A DNA stretch of 22,143 nucleotides from a virus (lineage: Duplodnaviria > Heunggongvirae > Uroviricota > Caudoviricetes). A program made the position numbers and the translations under genes. Below, piece by piece: positions 5,356 to 12,944 of the stretch. The stretch lies in IMG/VR virus record IMGVR_UViG_2703718843_000010; one strand, written 5' to 3'. How positions within the stretch are numbered: position 1 is the first letter of the stretch; every line of letters begins with the position of its first letter. The notes under the pieces are model-generated. The model did not search any database. It was given only the letters and a program-made list of their open reading frames with translations, and had not been told where the DNA came from.

Positions 5356-7757
5356 CCACGGCAACCCGTGGCCGTCGCGCCCCTTCTCCACCTCCACCGT
5401 ATCCGGGTAGCACTGACAATGCTATCCCTTACGCTTATGGCGGGAACAAACCATACCAGCCTATTGGCGTTGATGTAGCGCCGGGGCTGGATGGTTTCGA
5501 CTATCTCACGCCGGACGGCACGCGTAAGCATATTGCGTTCAGTGAACTGGTAGCGGAAGACGAAAAGCCGGAGCGCAGCAAGCTGCTGCGTCGCCGCCTG
5601 GCTTCTCTTCCGCAGTATATCCGCCGCCACTTTGCCGCGAAGCTGGATGCACTGGACGCGAAAGACCGCAAAGCGGCAGATCACTGGCTGGTTAATACAT
5701 TTGAGCGCCACGTATTAACGCGTATTGATAGCGTGAACAGTGTTTACCAGCCTGACACTGTGATGCCCGGCATTCTGCTGCCAATCCGCGATCAGCTTTT
5801 CCGTATGCTCTGGGCAGGGAAGAAAGAGTTAAAAAGACTGGCTTATACGCTTGCCGATATCTTTACGAGCGAGTTTATACGCGAGTCCGATCACCAGTTG
5901 GCACGCACCGGAGATCCTGAGTTCGCGGCGCTTTCTGGCTATGGCCGTATTGCGTCGCTGGCGGTGCATCTGAAAACGCCGATCCCTGGCTGGACGGCGT
6001 ATTGCAATGAAGAACTGGAAGCGGAGGACGCGTTACGCGCGGTTCTTCGCCTTGAGTCACCGCAGTGGTGGTTAAACCGCCTGCGCCGTATCCATGCCCG
6101 GTGGCGTGAGCATTTGATGATCGCAGCGGGATACGTCCAGAAAAAATCTTCCCCATACAGTAGCGCCCCGTGCCTTACGGAGTGGTTGGCCCAGAAAAAG
6201 GCTAACCGTGAATACCTTAAGGCTATGGAACTGGAAGACCAGGACACGGGCGAACGCATTTCACTGATCGATAAAGTCGCCGGTAGTGTTGCCAATCCGG
6301 CCAACCGTCGCCGCGAACTCATGACGAGAATGCGCGGATTTGAAGATCTGGCGAAGCTGGAAGGGCTGGCCGGTGACTTCTACACGCTAACAGCACCTTC
6401 CCGTTACCACTCCATGCAGCATAACGGGCGCCGCAATAATAAATACTGTGGCGCGTCGCCGCGCGAGACGCAGCAATATCTTTGCAAAGTCTGGGCGAGA
6501 ACCCGCGCAGCGTGGAAGAGAAAAGGGATCCGCGTCTTTGGTTTCCGCGTGGTCGAACCGCACCACGATGCAACGCCACACTGGCATTTACTTCTTTTTA
6601 TGCGCCCGGAATGCGTCGAGCAGGCGCGCGAAATCTTCCGTAAATATGCCCTGAAAGAAGACGGCAACGAACCGGGAGCGCAGGAAAACCGCTTTCAGGT
6701 TGTGCCGATCGACGATGCCCACGGCAGCGCAACCGGCTACATAGCGAAATACATTTCGAAGAATATCGACGGCTTCGCGCTGGATGGTGAGAAGGACGAC
6801 GAAACCGGGGAAGACCTGAAAGAAATGTCACTCCGCGTTAGCGCGTGGGCATCGCGCTGGGCTATTCGTCAGTTTCAGCAGATCGGCGGTGCGCCGGTCA
6901 CGGTATATCGCGAACTTCGCCGCCTGGGCGATCGCGAACTGGTGTTACACCCTGAACTGGAAACCGCCCGGCAGGCCGCTAACGGTGGCGAATGGGATAA
7001 CTACGTATTAGCCCAGGGTGGACCGTTGGTTGAGCGCGATAAGCTGCGCATCCGTCTGAATTATGAAACCACTGAAAACGGCAACGCCTACGGCGATAAC
7101 GTCCAGCGAATCACTGGTATTTACTGCCCGATTACGGGCAATGACTCTTTGATCTTCACCCGCACCACTCAATACAAAATCGTGCCGAAGCGCCAGAGCG
7201 CTGACGGTGTGGCCGTTGACGTTGGTTTTTCAGGCGGCAACGCCGCCCCTCGGAGTTCTGTCAATAACTGTACGCGGGATCCCGCGGCAGGTGCTGACGG
7301 TGTAGAACATGCCGCCAGCGAAGCTACAGGGCAGTCAGAAATGACTGAGCCAGCTGAGGGCGTGACGGTGAATTTTGATGCGCTTTCACGGCAGGAAAAG
7401 CGAGAATTGGCGCAGCGGCTCAGTGCCGATGTGCGAAGTAAGCGTAAAAAACGGCCACCGGATAGGGAAGACAGGGCCGGGCTGTCCGTGAAAGAGCAGC
7501 AGATCAGTGAACTGCTGGCGCTGCGTGGGATTGATGCCAGCGCCGGAATGGTCAGATCGATGATGGCCGGTGCGTCAGTGGCGTGCGGCGATCTTGTTAT
7601 GACCGTGCAGGACGGGCGGCTGGTGTCGCGCAATCGCGCCGCGTCGGGGATAGGTAAATTAGCAACTGAAAAAATGGCAGTTAAGAAAAAATCTGATGAA
7701 CTTCTCAATCGCTGGAAAGTGGCTGTAAAAATTAACAGGGGTAAGTTGACAAATTGA
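5352..7757 (+). CDS. A: Replication initiation protein A (rolling-circle HUH endonuclease), P2 gpA-like
   Basis: 801 aa with HUH-type motif EPHHDATPHWHLLLF and active-site tyrosine motif GYIAKYISKNIDG; collinear with remembered P2 A. Confidence 0.95.
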   Translation: MTTATRGRRAPSPPPPYPGSTDNAIPYAYGGNKPYQPIGVDVAPGLDGFDYLTPDGTRKHIAFSELVAEDEKPERSKLLRRRLASLPQYIRRHFAAKLDALDAKDRKAADHWLVNTFERHVLTRIDSVNSVYQPDTVMPGILLPIRDQLFRMLWAGKKELKRLAYTLADIFTSEFIRESDHQLARTGDPEFAALSGYGRIASLAVHLKTPIPGWTAYCNEELEAEDALRAVLRLESPQWWLNRLRRIHARWREHLMIAAGYVQKKSSPYSSAPCLTEWLAQKKANREYLKAMELEDQDTGERISLIDKVAGSVANPANRRRELMTRMRGFEDLAKLEGLAGDFYTLTAPSRYHSMQHNGRRNNKYCGASPRETQQYLCKVWARTRAAWKRKGIRVFGFRVVEPHHDATPHWHLLLFMRPECVEQAREIFRKYALKEDGNEPGAQENRFQVVPIDDAHGSATGYIAKYISKNIDGFALDGEKDDETGEDLKEMSLRVSAWASRWAIRQFQQIGGAPVTVYRELRRLGDRELVLHPELETARQAANGGEWDNYVLAQGGPLVERDKLRIRLNYETTENGNAYGDNVQRITGIYCPITGNDSLIFTRTTQYKIVPKRQSADGVAVDVGFSGGNAAPRSSVNNCTRDPAAGADGVEHAASEATGQSEMTEPAEGVTVNFDALSRQEKRELAQRLSADVRSKRKKRPPDREDRAGLSVKEQQISELLALRGIDASAGMVRSMMAGASVACGDLVMTVQDGRLVSRNRAASGIGKLATEKMAVKKKSDELLNRWKVAVKINRGKLTN
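7233..7287. other. Candidate replication origin (nick-site region) inside gene A
   Basis: Hairpin GGCGG-CAACG-CCGCC, then CCTCGGAGTTCTGTCAATAACTG, then perfect palindrome CGCGGGATCCCGCG. Encodes the AAPRSSVNNC linker that I remember as the ori-containing part of P2 A. Confidence 0.35.
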
Positions 7758-7774
7758 AAAATCTGCACCATCAT
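7746..7774 (+). promoter_or_regulatory. Candidate promoter for the cargo cassette (TTGACA, 17-nt spacer, CATCAT)
   Basis: Perfect -35 hexamer at 7746-7751 and a weak -10 at 7769-7774; a second TTGACA...TGCAC module follows 34 bp downstream. Confidence 0.3.
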
Positions 7775-7820
7775 TCTGGTTGACAAAGTTTGATATTTGC
7801 ACTCATGGAGATTTGGATTG

Positions 7821-8414
7821 ATGTCTAAGCAGCCTTTACCTTGGGACTTTCACCCACAATTAACTGAAGAGCGTTTAACAATTATTGCTAAAGAATTGTT
7901 AAGGGTCTTAAATGACACATATGCTCAACTTTCGACCACCTTGGATAACAACTATACACGTTCTACTTGTACTTTTGGTCGTCAATGGCAGTTACTTATT
8001 GATTTATGTTTGAGTGGACAGTACGACTGGCTTCATCTCACCAACGCTGGTTTAGACATCACTTTTACGATCGATACAATTCCTGTTCGTTTCTTCACTG
8101 ATGATCCGGCCAATCCTAAAAAGGATGGTTTTTATCGTCGAAATCCTGCTGATCAGCTTTTTGCTCCTGAGGTGGACATTCCCGTTTTACATCGCTTTGT
8201 TGTTGAGAAACCCGAATTTGAGGGTGAAGGCGCTAAAGTTCATTTCATTGGTTATAACGCTTTGGACGAAGAAGTATCTAAGTGGACGTACAACGATGAA
8301 CCAACAACAGCATTGTTGCACTCTACGGATGATACACCGCCAGAGTCTGTTAGAATTGAACTTGATGACATTCGCCCTTCTCGTCCCGAAAAGGAAGAAA
8401 AAGAGAGCGATTGA
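7821..8414 (+). CDS. Hypothetical protein (197 aa), first gene of the hotspot cassette; candidate effector or toxin
   Basis: ATG at 7821 with GGAG upstream. No motif I recognise; acidic, low-complexity C-terminal tail (PSRPEKEEKESD). AT-richer than the flanking phage genes. Confidence 0.6.
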   Translation: MSKQPLPWDFHPQLTEERLTIIAKELLRVLNDTYAQLSTTLDNNYTRSTCTFGRQWQLLIDLCLSGQYDWLHLTNAGLDITFTIDTIPVRFFTDDPANPKKDGFYRRNPADQLFAPEVDIPVLHRFVVEKPEFEGEGAKVHFIGYNALDEEVSKWTYNDEPTTALLHSTDDTPPESVRIELDDIRPSRPEKEEKESD

Positions 8415-8437
8415 GATTAATGAGTAGAAGGTGAAAA

Positions 8438-9550
8438 GTGTTTAACGGTTCTAATTTAAGATTGGCTCGTCTGTATCACGAGCTATCACTGGAGCAAGTA
8501 GCTGAGCGGGTCGATAAGACCCGCCAGTATATTCAGCGGCTGGAATCCGGCACGGCTGTTCCAACACCCGAGCTTGCGAATAAATTAGCTGCCGTCTTGC
8601 TGGTGATGCCTCATTTTTTTGAAGAGCAATGGCAGTCTCCTGTAAATGAAGAGATCGTTCACTTCCGCAAGCGTAGTTCTACGAGAGTCGCCACAAAAAT
8701 GGCGACTCTCGCCAAAGCTGAGCTGTATCGACGACTTATTGAAATTTTTGAAGAGTATCTGGAGTTACCGCAAGTAAGATTTCCTGAACTGAAGGTGGAT
8801 ACTCAAGAGGATATCGAAAAAGCAGCGGAGAAGTGCCGGACTGATTGGGGGCTAGGTTTTGGGCCGATCGATAACATGACTCGTCTTGCTGAAAAGCTGG
8901 GAGCGTTTGTCACTTCTTTTGATTCTGTTTCTGACGATGTTGATGCTCTTTCTGTTCCTTTGAGCCGCCCATTTATCGTAAGGAATACAGCTAAAAAGTC
9001 ACCCTGCCGTCAGCGGTTTGATATCGCTCACGAGGTTGCACATTTAATTTTACATGAGGGTGTCTCTACTGGAGACAGGGCTACTGAGTCGCAGGCTAAC
9101 CGCTTCGCGTCTGCATTGCTTTTGCCAAGAACAGCTATGGCGAAATATTTTCCACGTCCGATTGGTGGTCGAATCGACTGGCAAGGTCTTAGCCAGTTTA
9201 AATTAACGTGGAAAGTGAGTAAGGCCGCGATCATTTATAGAGCACATCAACTTGGGCTTTTAACTGACGCTCAATACAAAACCGCCTTTTTTGGTCTCAA
9301 GCGAAAGGGGGAGGCTATTGATGAGAAAGAAGATTATTTGATCCCTTGTGAGAAGCCAGAACTATTCAGTAAAGCAATGAAATGCCTGTTAAATGATTTG
9401 TCCGTGGATATTGAAACATTAGCCCAGCGTTTGAGCATAACCCCTACGATGCTCGCAGAACTTGCTAATGATGACACTTTGGTTTCTGCGTCATGTGTGA
9501 ACTCTGAGAATGTAATTTCAATGTTTGCGTATCGGATGAAAACTGCTTAA
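8438..9550 (+). CDS. XRE-family HTH fused to ImmA/IrrE-type (M78, COG2856) zinc metallopeptidase, with an extra C-terminal region
   Basis: GTG start with AAGGTG at 5-nt spacing. N-terminal HTH LRLARLYHELSLEQVAERVDKTRQYIQRLESG; HExxH motif HEVAH encoded at 9029-9043 within the ImmA-like core; about 150 further residues after the core. Confidence 0.85.
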   Translation: MFNGSNLRLARLYHELSLEQVAERVDKTRQYIQRLESGTAVPTPELANKLAAVLLVMPHFFEEQWQSPVNEEIVHFRKRSSTRVATKMATLAKAELYRRLIEIFEEYLELPQVRFPELKVDTQEDIEKAAEKCRTDWGLGFGPIDNMTRLAEKLGAFVTSFDSVSDDVDALSVPLSRPFIVRNTAKKSPCRQRFDIAHEVAHLILHEGVSTGDRATESQANRFASALLLPRTAMAKYFPRPIGGRIDWQGLSQFKLTWKVSKAAIIYRAHQLGLLTDAQYKTAFFGLKRKGEAIDEKEDYLIPCEKPELFSKAMKCLLNDLSVDIETLAQRLSITPTMLAELANDDTLVSASCVNSENVISMFAYRMKTA

Positions 9551-9564
9551 AAATCGCTGTGATG

Positions 9565-9593
9565 AAAAATCCCGCTTCGGCGGGATTTTTTTT
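9565..9593. terminator. Rho-independent terminator, potentially bidirectional
   Basis: Stem AATCCCGC / GCGGGATT with TTCG loop followed by eight T; a five-A run precedes the stem. Confidence 0.8.
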
Positions 9594-9996
9594 AGAAGAT
9601 GTCTGCACAATAGTGCACAAATTTGCACAATTTTTTTGATGCTGTTTATGCCCTTTCCGCCCTGTGGCGGCGCGGTCTGCCCCCGGATCGGCAAGTGCAC
9701 AAAAAACGAAGCAAATGTCGCGCGCAGGTGACGGGGGAACAGCCCACGCGACAGGGGTCAGGGAGGGGGTGCCATTAAATGCCATTCTTCGGCCTTTTCC
9801 GCCTTCTTAGCGCGCTTTCTCGCTTCTGGATATGTGCGGGGTCGATTGCAGTTTGCACCTGCCAGAATGGTGCTCATTCGCTCTGAGTGAGGGGGGTAAA
9901 TGCTGCGCTGAGTGGTGTTCAGGTGGTGGCCGGTCATGCGGGGATTGAAAATTACTGAAGGAGAGCCGCCGCAGGATGTGCGGCGGGTGGGTCGGG
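9594..9996. other. cos / packaging region (inferred from synteny; exact cohesive-end position not determined)
   Basis: About 400-bp non-coding interval between the cargo terminator and the 3' end of portal gene Q, where P2 has cos. Contains G-rich tracts and the TGCACAA repeats. Confidence 0.4.
9604..9630. repeat. Three TGCACAA direct repeats at exact 10-bp spacing (9604, 9614, 9624); fourth copy at 9696-9702
   Basis: Read directly from the sequence. Confidence 0.8.
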
Positions 9997-11055
9997 TCAC
10001 TCGTCTTTGAGCAGAGCGTACGGATTAAAGCGGATCACTTCCTGGCCGAGCCAGTCATTGACGCCCTTCATGGCTTCCATCACAGGCAACATTTCGTTGA
10101 TAGCGAAGACACGCGCGGCCTTCTCAACATCACCGAGCGAGCCGTTGCCTTCCGGCATTGCGCCCATTAGCTGTGGCGGGATGCGGTGAGCGTCGCGCAG
10201 ATCGTTGCGCGTGGCTGCTTTGATGTTAAGAAACTCATCCTTTGCCGATATCTGGCTGAACGGCAACAGTTGCACGCCGTCTTTGCCGCCGCCCGGCGCG
10301 TGGATCAGCACGTTTTTGAAGGAGCCTTTCCCTCTGGCCTGTGACAGCGTCTTTTGCACCACCTTGATGCTTTCCTGATCCACCTTCTCCGAACCGACAT
10401 AGAGAATACATCCGGCGTGAGAGCCGTTGTCATAGTAGAGTTTGCGGAACCTGTCGGCAGAATGGGACAGGCTGGCGGACAACAGCGCCCCCATGTACTC
10501 CGGCATACCGTAGATTTCCTGATGAATGTCAGGGTTCATGATGTGGCAGACCTCGCCCGCCCTGAACTCGTATTCATCTTTCCACTGCCGGATAAACCAG
10601 TAGGTATCAAGATCGCTTCCCCGTCGCGTGTTCAGCGCCGGAACATGCTTAAGTTTTAGCGGCTCTCCCAGGCGATTAGACCGACGCTCAAGATAGGCAT
10701 TGCCGAAGACAAACCAGTCCAGCGCAAACGCAGAGAACGCCTGCCGCGAGAGTAACGGATGAGGGATATAGCACCCGGTCAGCACATTGCGTTTGAAGTA
10801 AAGCGCCGACTGATGCAGCGGGGACTGTGCGAACGCACGGGTTAACCCCTTCCAGTCTATTGGCGTTTCGTAGTACCGGCCGTTATCGACACAGCACATG
10901 CTGTCCAGCAGATCATAGCCGTCCGTTACCGAATATGGTCCGTCAAACGTGAAGGCGCTAAGCGCCGGATCGCTTCTGAGCGCGTCAGAGATATCAGGCT
11001 GACCGGCACTGCCGCTGCTGGCAGTGTGTTTGTTTTTGTATGTGCGCTTCTTCAT
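9997..11055 (-). CDS. Q: Portal protein, P2 gpQ-like
   Basis: 352-aa ORF adjacent to and co-oriented with the large terminase; start ATG overlaps the P stop (ATGA). Confidence 0.9.
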   Translation of the reverse strand: MKKRTYKNKHTASSGSAGQPDISDALRSDPALSAFTFDGPYSVTDGYDLLDSMCCVDNGRYYETPIDWKGLTRAFAQSPLHQSALYFKRNVLTGCYIPHPLLSRQAFSAFALDWFVFGNAYLERRSNRLGEPLKLKHVPALNTRRGSDLDTYWFIRQWKDEYEFRAGEVCHIMNPDIHQEIYGMPEYMGALLSASLSHSADRFRKLYYDNGSHAGCILYVGSEKVDQESIKVVQKTLSQARGKGSFKNVLIHAPGGGKDGVQLLPFSQISAKDEFLNIKAATRNDLRDAHRIPPQLMGAMPEGNGSLGDVEKAARVFAINEMLPVMEAMKGVNDWLGQEVIRFNPYALLKDE

Positions 11056-12785
11056 CAGAACTCCATAGCAAACCCGCCGCTGCCACTCTCCTGGCCCAGC
11101 GGTTCGTTAATAATGGCGAGCATATTCGCCCAGGCTAAATCCCCGTGGCTGACGCCGCGCGAGCGGTCAGTGTCATAGGTGATGAATCCGCCCGGCGTCT
11201 TTACCTTGCGAACAGAGTTAAAGGCGTTGATCAGGGCGCGCTCGCTGCGGTCATATTCCCATCGCCCGGCGCGGATCAGCTGTAGCATTTTCAGCACCAG
11301 GGCGCGCTTTGACGTCATTGACATGGTGTAGGGCATCGCCATCGGGAAAAACTTCTTCACTATCTGGTAAACGGCTTCACCATTACCGCCCGTCACGTCG
11401 ATGCCGACATGCTGAACGTTGTATTTGAAGGTGAAGTTTTCGATAACTTTCGCCTGCTCTTCAAATTCAAGGCCGCGCACCTGTTCCGTTTCCACCGTGC
11501 GGAATTTACCGCCTGGCACCAGTGGCGGAACCACGACGCAAATCGCGCCGCTGTCGCCGTTGCCGCTGCTGCCGTTGGCGTCATAACCTATCCACACCGG
11601 GCGGTTACCCATCGGCCTGGACGCAAAAGGTTTCCAGTCCGGCCATTCGTCGTAACCATCTGCCCCGCAGCCAATCAGGGCGTTAAGGTTGAAGGCTGAC
11701 TCGCCATCGCGCACGAACTCGCACATGTACAGGTTGCGGAATTCATCCTCACTGTTTTCATCCTGAATTTCTTCAAGGTCGGTATATTCCCAGCCGTGGT
11801 CTATCACGTCCTTCAGAGTGACAATCTGACGCCAGGTTTTATCCGGGCATAGCAGGCCGCTGTTCAGCGTTTTCCAGCCCACATCAAACGCTTTGCGCTG
11901 TGCCTTCGGGCGTTTCTCATTCCAGCGATCGCCTGTCCAGAAAGGGTAAGCCTCATGGGTTTCACCTGACGGCGTGGAAAAGTAGGTACGCGTCAGCCCT
12001 TTCAGCGTTGCCATTGCACCTGCAACCTTTCGCAGGTTGGTGAAGTTGCTGACCCAGAAGAATTCATCGAACTTCAGGTTGCCCGTATATGACTGTGCCG
12101 TCGCTGCGGACGTGCCGAGGAAATGAAGCTCTGCGCCGTTACTCAGTACGATTTTGTCGCCCCCCTTAAGCTCAACATCCACTTCTTCGGCCATCCTCTG
12201 AATGAATCCCCTGAACTGGTGCGCCTGACGGCGGGATGCTGACAGAAATATCTGGTTGCGTTGGTACGGGTATTTCACATCATCGCGCAGCGCATCCAAC
12301 AACGCCTCGCGTGCAAAGTACCAGGTTGCGCCAATCTGGCGGGACTTCAGTATCATGCGGTTTCGGTGGTGGCGTTGCTCATACCAGCCGCGTTGATGCC
12401 ACGAAAGCGAATCAAGTATTTTCTCCCGCAGCGCGACGATCTGTTCTTCGGTGAAGTGGTTTTTCAGCTTGCGCTTGCGTGGCTTTTTGCCCGCCCCAGC
12501 CCCTGCCGGTTGTCCGTCAGACAGTTTTTTCAGTTGCCGGGTCAGCAGATCAATCTCCTTAAAGTCTCCCCCGGTCTTGTCTTTCTTGTCCGTAAGCTGG
12601 ATGAGGCGGGCATCCATAGACTGGCTGACGCGCTGTACGGGCGGCGTTTCATCCCATTCATCGCGTTTCTTCCAGGCATAAATTGTGTTCTGATTAATCC
12701 CCATCAGGCGCGCGATCTCCGCTGGCGGGTAGCCCTGCCAGTAAAGTTGTTTTGCCCTCTGACGTACAAAAGCGTCCTGTATCAT
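11055..12785 (-). CDS. P: Terminase large (ATPase) subunit, P2 gpP-like
   Basis: 576 aa with Walker-A-like SRQIGATW and an N-terminal HTH-like segment; divergent from O as in P2. Confidence 0.9.
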   Translation of the reverse strand: MIQDAFVRQRAKQLYWQGYPPAEIARLMGINQNTIYAWKKRDEWDETPPVQRVSQSMDARLIQLTDKKDKTGGDFKEIDLLTRQLKKLSDGQPAGAGAGKKPRKRKLKNHFTEEQIVALREKILDSLSWHQRGWYEQRHHRNRMILKSRQIGATWYFAREALLDALRDDVKYPYQRNQIFLSASRRQAHQFRGFIQRMAEEVDVELKGGDKIVLSNGAELHFLGTSAATAQSYTGNLKFDEFFWVSNFTNLRKVAGAMATLKGLTRTYFSTPSGETHEAYPFWTGDRWNEKRPKAQRKAFDVGWKTLNSGLLCPDKTWRQIVTLKDVIDHGWEYTDLEEIQDENSEDEFRNLYMCEFVRDGESAFNLNALIGCGADGYDEWPDWKPFASRPMGNRPVWIGYDANGSSGNGDSGAICVVVPPLVPGGKFRTVETEQVRGLEFEEQAKVIENFTFKYNVQHVGIDVTGGNGEAVYQIVKKFFPMAMPYTMSMTSKRALVLKMLQLIRAGRWEYDRSERALINAFNSVRKVKTPGGFITYDTDRSRGVSHGDLAWANMLAIINEPLGQESGSGGFAMEF

Positions 12786-12944
12786 CTGCCCTCCACCGTT
12801 TATGGAGTGAAGATTACCCCGCGCGCGATCCCGCTATCGCCCCCTTTATGGTCTGGCCTTCCTCCGACAACAAAACCTCGTTGAGACAGCAAGTTACGCT
12901 CTGCCATCATGGCCGTACAGAAACCACTCAACAGGATTATCGAC

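Noticed and set aside
5334-7786. Several minus-strand ORFs of 60-205 aa inside gene A (for example 5334-5711, 5939-6322, 6404-6667, 7169-7786)
   Set aside because: All are antisense to a strongly supported, GC-rich gene; their translations are Arg/Ser/Ala-rich low-complexity sequences without RBS support, typical of chance open frames.
8101-8427. 108-aa alternative-frame ORF inside the 197-aa cassette gene
   Set aside because: Fully overlapped by the longer RBS-supported frame; AT-rich low-complexity translation.
9604-9702. TGCACAA repeats considered as a CRISPR array
   Set aside because: The units are 7 bp at 10-bp spacing with no spacer-sized unique inserts; this is not CRISPR architecture.
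12261-12884. 207-aa plus-strand ORF
   Set aside because: Antisense to the large terminase gene P and running into the P/O promoter region; no support.
12866-12888. Dyad CAAC-N8-GTTG in the P/O divergent promoter region, considered as an Ogr-type late activator site
   Set aside because: The P2 late-promoter element is TGT-N12-ACA, and no TGT occurs on the plus strand of this interval, so it does not match. It may still be regulatory but I cannot support the call.
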